A stretch of 60,280 nt of DNA, counting the filler, from Sphacelaria rigidula (taxonomy: Eukaryota): NCBI GenBank assembly GCA_964200075.2. It is 5 parts of 5 records of this genome, joined end to end, with 100 filler letters (N's around TTAATTAATTAA, not from the genome) between each part and the next. Parts side by side here need not be neighbours in the genome. Positions count along the whole stretch, not along the records: positions 12,080 to 24,057 come from CAXNAA020004276.1; 4 more parts are not named here. The stretch is one strand, 5' to 3'. Each line of letters begins with the position of its first letter. Positions within the stretch are counted from its first letter, which is position 1. Below are positions 12,229 to 24,157 of the stretch, piece by piece. The notes under the pieces were generated by a model. That model made no database searches. It was not told where the DNA came from and was given only the letters and a program-made list of their open reading frames with translations. Made by a program: the position numbers and the translations under genes.

Positions 12229-12330
12229 TGGGTGTGTACGTTCCGTCGGCCATGATGCACGGGGCGGTACCACCTGGCTCGCACATAATCTTAGCGTCAA
12301 GAATAACACTCGAGCAACAATCGGATTTTC
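12229..12330 (-). CDS. Cys-rich protein exon, second half of repeat 2
   Basis: Acceptor ggttcag, donor CCA|GTGAGT; encodes GKSDCCSSVILDAKIMCEPGGTAPCIMADGTYTP. Confidence 0.82.
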
Positions 12331-15300
12331 CTGAACCACCGCGGCAGCGTGAACAGACGGAGGAAGGCAGGGGGAAGGTTGTCAGATATTCTGAGGTGAG
12401 GCTCCCTCGTGTTGACACACGACAATAGCAGCGAGCGGACGTAAGCAACCGCGTTGGGGTGAGTCGACTGAACAAGTGAAGGCGATAGCTCAAGACACAA
12501 TTCTCTTCTCGCATTCATTCGTCCTCCCACTCCTTGCCCATGCACATCCTTTGCGGTGGAGGTAACACCAAAGCGAGGTGGATTGCCGGCCCCGTGCCAC
12601 AGCACTCTGATGCACTCCCGTAATGACTCGAAACTACTTCAGTGATTTGGACAAGTTACAAGCTAATATGACCGCAACATGATGGGACCCTCACTATGCA
12701 ATGGCCATGCGAAGAGACTCATAGGCCGGCCAAGAGAACTCTTCGGTGGATCGTTCACAACACGGGAAGCGCCATGGACGGCGACAATATCGCACGTAGT
12801 CCGTCTGTAAGCATAGCTTTCAGTCTTGCCTTCCGTTCCTGGAATGGCCGAGCAGGAATCTCCGCCGCATTGTGTGTTGCATTCCTCAGCGCAGCAGACG
12901 CTTTGATCTTGGACGCCCGGCAGTCCGTTTGGGCACATGGAAGGTGTGAACGCTGCATGGTGTATCGCATTCCACAAAAAGGCGATGAGAGTTATTGAGC
13001 CAATTTCAGGGTGGATTCTCTTCGGCGGGTCTGTTCACGACTGTCAATAGTCCGATTCGTTACACTCAGCGTCGAGGGATGGCAAGCCCTGTGGTCCATA
13101 AAATGGAACCAAACCCCATTCGTTATTGAAAGTGAGGGCTCGAACCCTATACGAAATCTTCTGGCTTCAATTTCGAGGAAAAGGAAGGGCGAGGTAGATT
13201 TGGTCGCGAAAACGAGAAGAGAAACACAAAAAGAATACCCCGTACCTTCCAGCTTCCGAAACGCCGGGGTCGACAGAGGCTAAACGGATGAACAGCATAA
13301 GAATATTACCACGTACATGACGTGAGGAAATTTGACGACGTGGCACCGTCTTGACAGAAAGGTATTTGCGGCGCGTATTTTGTTCTGTGTTTTGAACGGC
13401 ATCAAGGGGTGCCTTATTGCAGAGCTCCTGACTGAGAGATTCTAGACTTACTGATGCAGGGCGCCTTTTTGCTCGACGAGCAAGAAACCCCGGCCTTAAT
13501 AATGTCGGCAGTGCAACACTCTTCTCCTGTCAATCCTCCTGCTGCTCCGCAGTTTTCGCCACCTGCCACACAACACAGAAACGTTGTGGTTGCCATGAGA
13601 GCTACGCAAGTCAACATGAGCTCTGCTGATCAAGCATTGCCCAGGGGTCCTCGAAAGGTCTGGAAAGCCTGGAAAGTGTTGCCGTCACCATCATCGCCGA
13701 TGACCCGTCCGTCCCCGTTTGTTTGCTCAAGTCGTGGGATAGTGAGCTAGACATGGGCAAGATAAAAGCCTCAGCTGTACTACCTGCAGCGCAGCGGTTG
13801 CCACCTCTACTCTCGCAATCCCAACCCGACGTGTAATCTTTCACTCACCGCACTGCCCGCACTGCTCAACACAGCAGACATTGAGCTCTAAATTCTCAAT
13901 TCCGCTCACTCCATTCCTGCACCCCATGACATTTTCTTCGCTGATGGTGCTTCCAACTGCCAGAAATGAGACACATCCCGACCGAAGCACGGGAAGGCGG
14001 CGGAATCAGACGAAACCGTTGAAGATGTCTTCCACACAGGAGTGGTGGATAATATGGGCAGCAAACCATATTACATGAAACTCGCCGAACTACTGGGTAC
14101 CCATACTATACAGTATTCACCAATGCGATAGCAGGAAGCGGGACAAATCGTGGTAGCTGTGGACGAAGAAAATGTAGAGCATGATTGTGGACACGAGCTT
14201 CGAAACTCCTCCACACGGCTCACTTTTTTACTATGATTATCAATATTTCCGCACATTAGCTCGTTCTCTCGAACCCGCGGTCACAAACGTTGGCTCGCCT
14301 TCCGAGTACAGTCACTGTTACTCCGTGTGTGAGAAGAAAGCGCTCGTTGCTCTTCTTGAGACTCCGAAAACAAACAGCAAAACACGAAAATAAAAACAAA
14401 ACATAACAGGAACAGCCTCCGCCGGAGTTGATCGGAGTGTGGCAAACAAACGACTCGGATTTGCCCATAACGATCTGGCCGGTCAAAAGACGATACCTCA
14501 CCGACGGGCTCACGGGCAAGGCAATCGCTGACGGCATTATTTCTGGAGGAGGCAGCAAAAGAGAGAGTATCATGTGGCCATGTTTGAGGCGGGCACGGAC
14601 CACCGCATGGAAATCTTTGAGCCGGTTCGGGAATGTGAGAAACGAAACACGTGTAATGCACGCCTTGGACAAAAGATTACCGTGCCGAAACGCGTACTGC
14701 GTACAGTATGGAATTGATGGTCTATTGAAGTAGATGCAACAGTCTGTACTGTGCGCAGTACACTTTTCTACAATGTAACCCACCGTCATTATCCAAGGCG
14801 TGGTATGATGTCAGTCACGTGCAAAACCTTCCAGTAAATGGAAATCTCCCGAGGTGATACCGTGACGTACATCGATATTGAAATCCATTTTGCACTGGCA
14901 GGGTCAATGCGGTGAGGTATAAATAGAAGGTCAATCAACGGGGACACTTTCAGCGTGCCGCGGAAGATAGGCTGATCACACCGAATCCATGTGTATTTAG
15001 CTCATTGGGGGACGGTGGGGTCCTCAGTGATCGGCATTCACCTACCTTACCGCCATATTGGCAACCTCCCGGCATCACGCTTAAAGGCTGTCCCTCTTTC
15101 GGGCGCCACTCGTTTTGCACAGGAGCAACTGTCGTGCGTAAAATCTCGTAGATCAGGGTCAATAACCAAACATTGCACTGAAAATCGAAGAGGGTATTTA
15201 TTAGGCGTGGAGCAGGTCGGATGATCTCGATTTGTCCTAGCGCCAGATACCGTACACGTGAATGGGTCGATCCAGAAACAGTGAAATATACCCGAATGGA

Positions 15301-15573
15301 AAGTTTCTTATTCCAAAGATAAATAACCTCCAGCTGTTGTTATAGACGACGAGGAAAGCTCGGAAGTCTTTGCCGTGTTGGTCGTAGCGGGTTCGGAAGG
15401 GGACATTCCTTCCGTCATCGTGCACACGTCTCTGAACTGCCCTGCGATGTTGCACACTGGTGGATGTGTGGGTGAGAGCAAGCGTGGCGATCCCACATCT
15501 CACCTGCGGAGGCCGTGGATATGGCGAGGGTAGCTCCTCCCAACAAGAACGACACCGTGAACCCGTCAATCAT
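12229..15573 (-). CDS. Secreted Cys-rich repeat protein (brown-algal Cys-rich domain, >=2 copies), 3'-partial; exons 15573-15504, 15441-15328, 13956-13849, 13562-13452, 12952-12830, 12330-12229
   Basis: Exons join in frame: MIDGFTVSFLLGGATLAISTASA (signal peptide-like), an S/T-rich linker, then CRNGVSGIENLELNVCCVEQCGQCGGENCGAAGGLTGEECCTADIIKAGVSCSSSKKAPCI and CPNGLPGVQDQSVCCAEECNTQCGGDSCSAIPGTEGKSDCCSSVILDAKIMCEPGGTAPCI. Two 10-Cys units with the same spacing. The gene runs off the contig end at 12080. Confidence 0.82.
12830..12952 (-). CDS. Cys-rich protein exon, first half of repeat 2
   Basis: Acceptor ccatgcag, non-canonical donor AAG|GCAAGA; encodes FTPSMCPNGLPGVQDQSVCCAEECNTQCGGDSCSAIPGTE. 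Confidence 0.82.
13452..13562 (-). CDS. Cys-rich protein exon, second half of repeat 1
   Basis: Acceptor gtgtggcag, donor TCA|GTAAGT; encodes GGENCGAAGGLTGEECCTADIIKAGVSCSSSKKAPCI. Confidence 0.85.
13849..13956 (-). CDS. Cys-rich protein exon, first half of repeat 1
   Basis: Acceptor ctcatttctggcag, donor GCG|GTGAGT; encodes GSTISEENVMGCRNGVSGIENLELNVCCVEQCGQC. Not present in the ORF track. Confidence 0.82.
15328..15441 (-). CDS. Cys-rich protein, S/T-rich linker exon (GQFRDVCTMTEGMSPSEPATTNTAKTSELSSSSITTAG)
   Basis: Acceptor catcgcag, weaker donor GAG|GTTATT; phase 1-1. Confidence 0.6.
15504..15573 (-). CDS. Cys-rich protein, first coding exon (signal peptide-like)
   Basis: ATG at 15573, hydrophobic core ending ASA, donor CAG|GTGAGA. 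An acceptor just upstream (15583-15585) suggests a 5'UTR intron or an extra upstream exon. Confidence 0.65.
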
Positions 15574-16809
15574 GGTAAGTGCCTGCGTATGCGGTGTAAT
15601 GATACGGGATGGCCACAGTTTCAAAACGTGGGAGGCGGGCAGAGTAGCTTTTGATTGTGAAGGCAGCAACACAGAATGTGGGTGTGTGGGTGCTCATTTG
15701 TTGCTTGCCTTAGTCATATGACTGTTGACTAAGGATCTCCTGCGAGCCGGAGCACCGTTCCTGCTCCTAATAGAGACATCTCCAACATTTGGGCGCTCAT
15801 TACGTTTCCTACCTACATTACACGAACCCTTTTTACACATCTTATCCCCTTCCTGTTTCGTCATCCATAGTCACCATTCATCTCCCACAAGCCGGGTCAG
15901 CCGATAGATATTCTTGTCGGCATTCGGGTGAGGCGGTGCTCGATTTGAAGTTTGGCGCTCAAATTGTGACACGACGATTTCATCATCAACACGCGAATAA
16001 TTTCTCAGGGTGCGGAGGAAAGAAAAAAAAGTTAGAGCGATTTAGAATTTCAGCAAAAATGGGAAAATGTCATAGCTTCGTGAAAAACAAAAGAAAACGG
16101 CGGCATCCCCAGAAATGTACGTACTTGAGCGCAGGATGTCCTGCTAAAAATTCGGCTATTAAGTTCAAAACCTTGGCCCAGCCTGGCACTTTTTGTGTAA
16201 CACCGCTGCGCCCCGGTGGTCCAACTGATAAAGAAGCCTATAATTACTCAGGTCAGAGTTTCGAATCCCGACACGACCATTTTCCCCCCACACTCTGCCA
16301 GTTTATTTTTCCCAACTGTAAAACAAAAACGTTCACCATCGGGGGTTTGGTCGAGGGAAAGCGTTGCAGCCCAATCCCAGTTGGATACTTGCGCCTGTGC
16401 TCGTTGTATGTGGCATCGGCTCGGATGTCCTCCCACATGATGAGGCTGCTAACGAGCTTGATGCCATCTTGCACCATTCCCAGTGTACTCTTGACTGTGA
16501 ACGTTGAAGTTGTCATGAGTCATTTTCCCGTGTTTCCTGGACCTCAGAACACGATTCCACGCCACGATAAGAGACGCACCCAGGACTCAATGCAGAACAA
16601 TAATATCGACAAAATCGTGCTAATCGACCAGCGGCGGAGCCATGCGTTACTAGCTTGGTCTGCAGTTCACCGCGATATGCTGAAGTCGGGCTGTTTTGGG
16701 AAACTTCAAACGTTTCCGTGTGATACGCGTCTGTGCATTTCACAGCTGGTCCACTTCGTGGTATAGCGATCGTTTTCTCGCTACTACCTATAGTGTACAA
16801 AACAGTACC

Positions 16810-18290
16810 ATGCCACCTTTATCTGCTGCCCACATTTCCCCCTTCAACTCGTCCGATTCCTCCTTGTGTGGTTCACAACCTGCCATTATATGGGCTCTAC
16901 TCTCCATTGGGTTACCGCAGGAACAACTCGGGGCATCTACTTCCTCCTCCACCCGACTACTGGTATACCTCCTTCATCCTTCCTGGCATGTCCAGGTCTC
17001 CTACCTGAAACCGCAGTTTCAACTCTTTCGCGTTGTCTATTGGGCCACGCAGATATGTTTTCACCCCTATCCCCTCTCTCAGCGCCCCCTACATCTTCGC
17101 GTGCCCTTCCTCGTCGTCCAGTTTCCGTCTACGAGCTTGTTTCCCCCTTATTTTGATCACGTCTCTTACTTTACGTAGTCTTTTACTCCCCGCATTCACC
17201 TATGGACATCATTTCGTTTGTTTTCCCCATATGTACTTCGTATTCCGGCCTGCTCCTTTGTCATTTTCTTTCATAAAGCCCTTTCAACTATCGCTGGCAA
17301 TCTTGTCGTCGGCATATTCCTTACGTTAAACCGCCAATTCAATTTTCTCATACCTCTAACTGTTTTGTTGTGTACATGAGTCCCATTTCCGCTTTCAACA
17401 CCGTATTGAGCGTGGTTTTGGAGCATCCGAGTACTTTCTTAGCTGCTGTCATGTGTACTGTTTCCAGCTGCTTCACTAACTTCGCGTTCCCCTCCCATAC
17501 TTCTGCATATCCTAGCATTGGTACCATTACATTCATCAAGGTGCGAATCTCTTAGAATCACGTCCAATTTTTTCATCTGTGGATATCCCTTTCTTACGAC
17601 TTCATTTATGTGTGCATTCCAAGAACAATAGCGTGAGATCTCTACGCCACGGTACTCGCACAACTTCTTTTATGCAGTCGACAATTCCTCTTTTCCTCAC
17701 TTCCATTTGAACTCCGATGAGTTCTCCGTATCTTCGTTACATGAAAGTACCGCAGATTTGTTTACTTTCGCGATCATTCTCCATTTCCTAGTGTATTTCA
17801 GCGCATTCTCTACTTATTCCTGCAATCCTTCTGGTGTTTCTGATATCCCCACAGAATCATCCACGAACATCAACTCCGATAGCGTATCTTCCCCCACCTT
17901 GACTCCTTGCTTTGTTCCTTCTATTGCGACTATAATTTCATCAATAAATAGCTTGAAAAAAGTGGGTGATGACGTACATCCTTGTGCAACTCCTCGTAGA
18001 ATATATTATTTCAACGTTTCCTGATCTAGCATCACAGCACTTCTCGTAGATTCTGCCATCTTCACCATTCTCAACATTTTCTCTTCGGCTCCAGTTTCCC
18101 ACATCTTTTTCCACAACCCATTTCTCTGCACTATGCCGTAGGCCTTTCGGACGTCTAGAAAGAAACAGAGCGTTGTTCGCCCGGCGTCTTTGTAACCTTC
18201 GGCCACCATATCTCATGTGTGTGCCCATGGTCTACGCAGCTACGGTTTAGTTCAAACCCTGGTCGCCCCTCGTTATTTTTTTCCTTCCTT
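16810..18290 (-). mobile_element. Decayed non-LTR retrotransposon (LINE), reverse transcriptase 3' portion
   Basis: Frameshifted RT motifs FLDVRKAY..V.RNGLWKK, GVAQGCTSSPTFFKLFI, MFVDDSVGISETPEGLQ, EYRGVEI, YAEVWEGN...LETV...AAKKVLG; C-terminal CSCG...ESRAHIMAGC knuckle; many stops. Confidence 0.9.
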
Positions 18291-18866
18291 ATTTCGGGGA
18301 GTGGTTTAACTTTGTGTAGTCTTCGAGAACGAAAATGCGCCAGAAAAAAAAATCCCTTACAGGTTCGAACGATATGACACTAGATGAAAAAAACTTTTGG
18401 AGTACATTGCTGCGAAATAACACGTCTGCGGCATCCTCCAAATCATGACGAACACATGCTGCCTTCGATTGCTTCATCTCGAAAGACTCGAAGATATGAA
18501 CCCATCAATATAATCATGAAATGCACGATAGAGAGGCGTTTGATGACTATTCAGCTGGGTGCAGCATGTTTTCCTTCGCTCGGAACTGTCCAGTGATGAG
18601 GGATAGCAGCTTTTTCGGGTAACCCTGCGGAAGTGCTCATAAGGGATGTTTGTGACCGCTTGTTCACAATCTAACTCACCCTAAACAACAGGTTACATTG
18701 TCAAGAAGTGTACTGTGTACAACAACAGTATCGAATATCGCGTCTACAGCGGTAGACAACATAATTCCATTCTCAGCGATGCGTTTTCGACAATATAATC
18801 CCTTGTCCAGGATGTAGTCACTTTAGTTGAAAAAATAATGTTTTCCCATCATTTTCGCACCATTAA

Positions 18867-19859
18867 CCCTTTTGGGACCGGACCTCCACTGACACAGGGT
18901 TGACCCTGTGTTAGTGAAATAATAAAAAATAAGTCTGTTAGCGACCTGCTCAATCACGGCGAGGCGAAATGTATCGACGAGACCCGAACGGTCAGCGCGG
19001 GGATTGTTGTAGAGTGTAATGCCACCGCAAAGATCGTGTGGGGGCCATATCCCTGGCTCAGATAAGCCTGCCCAGGTTTCCAAGTGCAGGGTGGTCGCAG
19101 CTTGGTTTTATGGTATTACTTGCTCTCAGTATACCGTTTCCGAGTTTTTCCGGAGTGTTTTTTGGGACCCAATTCTGTACTAAAACGTAGTAATTTACAC
19201 TAGCACAGGGTGGACCGGAAAAAAACGGGGAGGAGTGTACATGCCACCATTTGGTCATTTTCACGAGGCACAAAATCCAGGTGGGCTGTGGAAACACAAA
19301 AGGAGCGACCGTAATGAATTCTGTGCATCTCTCTGCCGATGACTTGCAGTGTGCAGTCGAAATGTATGTAGTGGACAGGGATGATAAAGCTGTAAATAGG
19401 CAGCTGATTTCGGTAGCTCAGAATTGCTGACAACGTGCAAGGGGGTATGCAGCAGCAGCTGCTGCTTCAGTCGGAGAGGCGTACTATACTGTACTGTACT
19501 ATACTGCTGTATGCATGCGCGCCGCAACGCTGATGCCCTTGCAACAAGGGGGGAAATGGCGGCCCACCCCGGCCACAAAGGGCTGTGTGGCAAGGTTATG
19601 AGGACAAAAGTATCATCCAAAGCCGCATGTCGCCGCATCCTGTTGGAAGCTCTCCACCACGACTCATATTGCTTGCTACGTCAGATGCACACCACCCTGC
19701 ACCTGAAAACAGATTGGATGAAACTTTCGGTCTTCGTCGTAACAACCCTGCGGTTACATACGCGGATTTTCAACAACACGGCACTGTTTCGTGCAGACGC
19801 CAGTCACGTCATTCCTGACCAGCCTCATTGGTCGTTCTGGAGGCCCGGTCCCAAAAGGG
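18867..19859. mobile_element. piggyBac-like non-autonomous element
   Basis: TTAA-CCCTTTTGGGACCGG ... CCGGTCCCAAAAGGG-TCAA; right end repeated at 24158-24216 with intact TTAA; internal part inverted near 37060-37190. Confidence 0.75.
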
Positions 19860-21135
19860 TCAAGACGCGGACATTACGTCGCACTACTATGCTCAGCCTC
19901 TACCCTGGGCAGTGGCATGATGGTGGATGACGACTCTGTGACTCGTCAACGTCAGCGAGACACTCTGGGTGAGGTGCTACGATACAAATGTAGAGTATGA
20001 TCTACTTCGATTTCTCAACCATTTTGATAGTTTGTGTGGGCGGGCAACTCGACACCGCACTCTGGACAATGGACACAACAAGAGTCCATGGCTTCATAAA
20101 GAGACGTGGGGAAAACCTTTTGTCACGTATTGCAAGGGATGACAAATATTGTGAGCGTCGCTCGATAGTCTATCGACTATACATAATATTTACATCACTA
20201 GCCATCGACGCACATGGTATATCGCATTAGGTTTTGGGATGAATCTATCGATACTTATTTCCGTCAGCAATTGATTTGGAGAACTATCAATCGATAGCCC
20301 TTGCCATCATCAAAAGGGTAGGGGAAAAGCCTTTGCCGCCGACAACGAATTCGGAGTCATCTATCGCGATAGCCGTTGTCATTCATAGCGGATTGTTGCT
20401 AGGGGCATCTACGAGCTGGGCCAAGCTAGAAACGGATGTAAGCTCTCAGCCATATCTCATCGACACAGACTAAATGGGTCATTATCCAATATCTTTTCAA
20501 GCGGAAGATGCCCATCTGCTCAAAGTTCTGGACCATTTTTTCCTCGTTGATGAAACGTCTTGTTGAGTAATTCGTGTACCGTACGGAGATAGGGTCCACA
20601 TAAGAATCTATGTCACACCCCGAACGATATAAACAGCGGACGATGACGATATTTCAAGTGAAGATTCCCCGGAGCACGGGGAACGATCGATGCCCTCACA
20701 TTCGCCAAATTAGTTCTTTTTAATCTAGAGATGCGGCGCACAAAAAATATCCAAACTAAAATCGATACATTACGAGCAGAGGCACTGCATGTACTAAATC
20801 AAGACTCCGTAGGTTCGACAGTTGTGCTTTGAAATTTGGTGTGGAGAATCGCTAGGGAATACTGCAAATATAAAGGTGGGCCTTCAATTACAATCGGCTA
20901 TCACATTACATTTGCAGATCTTTTGTCGCTGTGCTCTAATCCAGTAGTCTATTGCCCAGGGTCAAAACACATCTCACCCACACAACAGTACCTCAAGCGC
21001 GTTTGGTCATCAGATGGAGAACCTTGAGCACCAACACCACACCAACAAAATTATAAACCTCTATCCACATATATTGCGGATTCCTACGATACAACACACA
21101 AACTTCCAGAATTTTGCGTAGTACGCTGCGTATTA

Positions 21136-21480
21136 TGTGTGTGTTGTCGTCCCATCTATTCTGGACGCCGGCCTACACCTTCCTGTATATGTGGGCACAT
21201 CAGCCGGGGTCACACAGGAGGAGGGCCAACACAGGATTTTTTTTCTTTTTTATTTGTTTTTGGTACCTCACCTTCCTTGTGCGGTGCTTGCCTTTGTTTT
21301 CTATCGCGAGAGGGGTCCAACAGTCCCCTTCCCTCATCGACCGTTCAGCCGAATCTTGTGTACCCACGACATAGTCGCTCTCCACTGTTGTAGGGCATGG
21401 TGTGGGAAAAAATCCCAGATCGCTCCAAGATTTGGAACCACGACCCAACCATCAGAAGGTTTCGAGCTGAGCGACCGGCT
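21136..21480 (-). mobile_element. tRNA-derived SINE (head partly degraded)
   Basis: Clear similarity to 11076-11403 and 27223-27600. Confidence 0.7.
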
Positions 21481-22881
21481 ACGGTAGTATCATTATATAC
21501 CCACTGCATACGTTCAACTGCAGCCTCTCTACTGTGCTTCAATAGAGTACATGTTCTCTATTAAGTATATCGCAATGTAGTTTATGTGTGGCAATAAACG
21601 GCCGAGAATATATATTTCGATATGCAGTGTATACCACAGTACATTCTTGTGGTATTCATCTATCGACAGTCATTGCCATCAAGAGATTTGTGCGTAATCC
21701 ATCAATCGGCATTGCCGCTGATAATAGATCTGGTACAAAATCTGTTAATAGTCATCGCCATCATGAACAGATTTGGCGCACTTTATCAGTAGCAATTGCG
21801 GTCGTGAGAAAAATTGGATAGTCACCCATATCGATGCATTTGGTCGGCCGCAGCAGCTTTCGGGGTAGGACCACAACAGACTGCTGTCCGACAAATAGCA
21901 TGAGAAAGGGGTCTACTGTATATCGAGAGCCGCTACCGGCGAGAAGAGACAGAGAAACCTGACGATTTATAGTCATTGCTCATTATATATTACACTTACG
22001 ACGATAATATCGGCGTCTAGTGCGGCAAATTACACTGCTGTTTGCGACGTCTATTGTCTACCGTCTGTCCAGTGCGTGCCCAAAACAAACAAAAGCCCCC
22101 CACTGCACCTTTGGTACCGAGCTGGTCAAAGTCCTCGGCGGCATGATATCAAAACAGTGGCATCGTCTTCATTCCGTGTGCATGAGAGACGGTCAGGTCG
22201 TGTTTTAGCACTTCTTTTCCGATCGAAAAATGGGGCGGTGAAATCGATCTGAGCGAAATTTTCTCGTTTGATGCAGTTGGGTTCATTTGGATCTTCAAGT
22301 TTTCGATCGAGAAAAGACCGTGAAATTCGTGAAACGGTACGTGGTTGCTCGTGTACAGTATACAAACAGTTTGTACTGTCAGCACTGCTTGCAAGGAGTG
22401 TCTCGAGTGTGTGTGTGCGTGTTTCGCATAGGAGGATATAAAAGAGAAGCGGGCAACGTAAAGTGCAGACAACCCAGGACCATCAGTTCCACACGCGGCC
22501 ATTCGGCTCGTGTTTGGAAATCCTCTATCGCGATTCTCATATTCTCGAGAGTAAAGTGACACTCCGGAGGATACAAATACCCTCTGGAGGTATTTAATAC
22601 TCAGTTCCGGTCACAAAACGAATCCTCTGGAGGGCATCTGATGCTCCAGTGACTTCTGAGGTCTGAATCTCTCCAGAGTACCAAAAATATGGTGCTCTGA
22701 AGCACGTGGTTTTTGTGAACGTCCCTTAGAGGGAAATATGGACATCAGAGGGAAATATGAGCACCCTTCCTCTGGAGGAGGGATCGACTATGGCCTCTAT
22801 GGCGTATGCTGCGACTCCGGAGGACATAGCCGTGCAGTATCCTCCAGCGTGCAAATTTTCATCGGTGCACTTGTGTTCTAA

Positions 22882-23351
22882 GGCTACTTACGTATAAAAA
22901 ATTCAAAAATGCTGAAAAGTGCATTTTTGGCCCTTCTCCGTTGTTTTCCCCACGAGAAAAGGGCTAGGCGGATGTTGACACCTTGAAATTACTTGCTCTA
23001 CTCGCTGAGACCCTTCCATCACAACACCTTTACGTTTCCCGTAGGTCACAGTTTCGCTTTTGGTCAAACTTACATTTCCAATTTACAAATGGCCAAGTTA
23101 TCAGAAATCAGGGGGGAAACTGACATCATCTTTGTCGATTGACCGTTTGTTATTGAAAATGCAAGTTTGGCCAAAACCTAAACCGTGACCTATGGAAACG
23201 CAAAGGTGCTCTGGAACGACCTCAGCGAGTAGAGCAAGTCATTCCAAGGCTTCAACATCCACCTAGCCCTCTTTCCGGGGGGAAAACGACGGAGAAGGGC
23301 CAAAAACGCACTTTTCAACAAGTTCCGTTTTTTTATACACAAGAAGCAGCC
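22882..23351. mobile_element. Foldback MITE (PIF/Harbinger-like ends)
   Basis: Almost wholly palindromic with arms of about 200 bp; GGCT...AGCC ends flanked by TAA/TAG. Confidence 0.8.
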
Positions 23352-24057
23352 TAGCTGCTTTCAGGGCACCTTTGGGACCCCAGCAATCTTGTGGTATGAA
23401 CCATCACACCAGATATGTATGTATCACCCACTGTTCACAGATTGAACAATGCAAACCCCACGACACTTATGCCCGCAGCTACCACGACAACCCCGCAGCA
23501 AAGAGCACGAGTCGGGCACAGGTATGATGTATTTCATGTTGGTGGAAGTTTAAACTTGAGTATCTTCTTCCATGGTCGCGGAATCGCGCGGCGCCGGAAC
23601 CACGCGGGGAACGGTGGGGGCAAAAACCGGCGGCTTATTGCATACACACTCATGGACAACAGTGCAGGCAGACAAAGCTACGCACACTGTTCAACTCCTT
23701 TCACGTCGCACTGTAAGCAGAAAACATATATATAGCCCCGCGTTGTCTGTACTATACTTTGCCCGAATCCCATTCACGTCCTACTGACTGCACTTGTGCG
23801 CACGGTGCAAGAACGGGCGTCGTGATGTCTACTGTAGCTGACAGTGTAACACCCCCATGTACCCAAAGTTACAGGCATCCACTTTGTTTGGCCATACGGT
23901 ACTAACACTGCAGTATATTGCACGGCACTTATATAAGCATGATATGGAACTGTCCCGCACGGTATTGTACAGTTCACACGTCGGACGGATCAGATCGTGA
24001 CAGATCCGGGTCAGCTCATTTGGGGCATAAATCATGATCTTTACGAGGTGTGCTGTC

Positions 24058-24157
24058 NNNNNNNNNNNNNNNNNNNNNNNNNNNNNNNNNNNNNNNNNNN
24101 NTTAATTAATTAANNNNNNNNNNNNNNNNNNNNNNNNNNNNNNNNNNNNNNNNNNNN
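24058..24157. other. Artificial contig-join linker
   Basis: Same 100-nt structure as the other gaps. Confidence 0.97.

Noticed and set aside
15237..15569. Alternative frame AVQRRVHDDGRNVPF... for the 15441-15328 exon
   Set aside because: Incompatible with the upstream exon, which would contain a stop in that phase; the S/T-rich frame fits the signal-peptide exon and the acceptor preceding 13956.
15789..16766. 325-aa ORF, the longest in the track
   Set aside because: It runs through dispersed repeat sequence and has no protein-like composition or motif.
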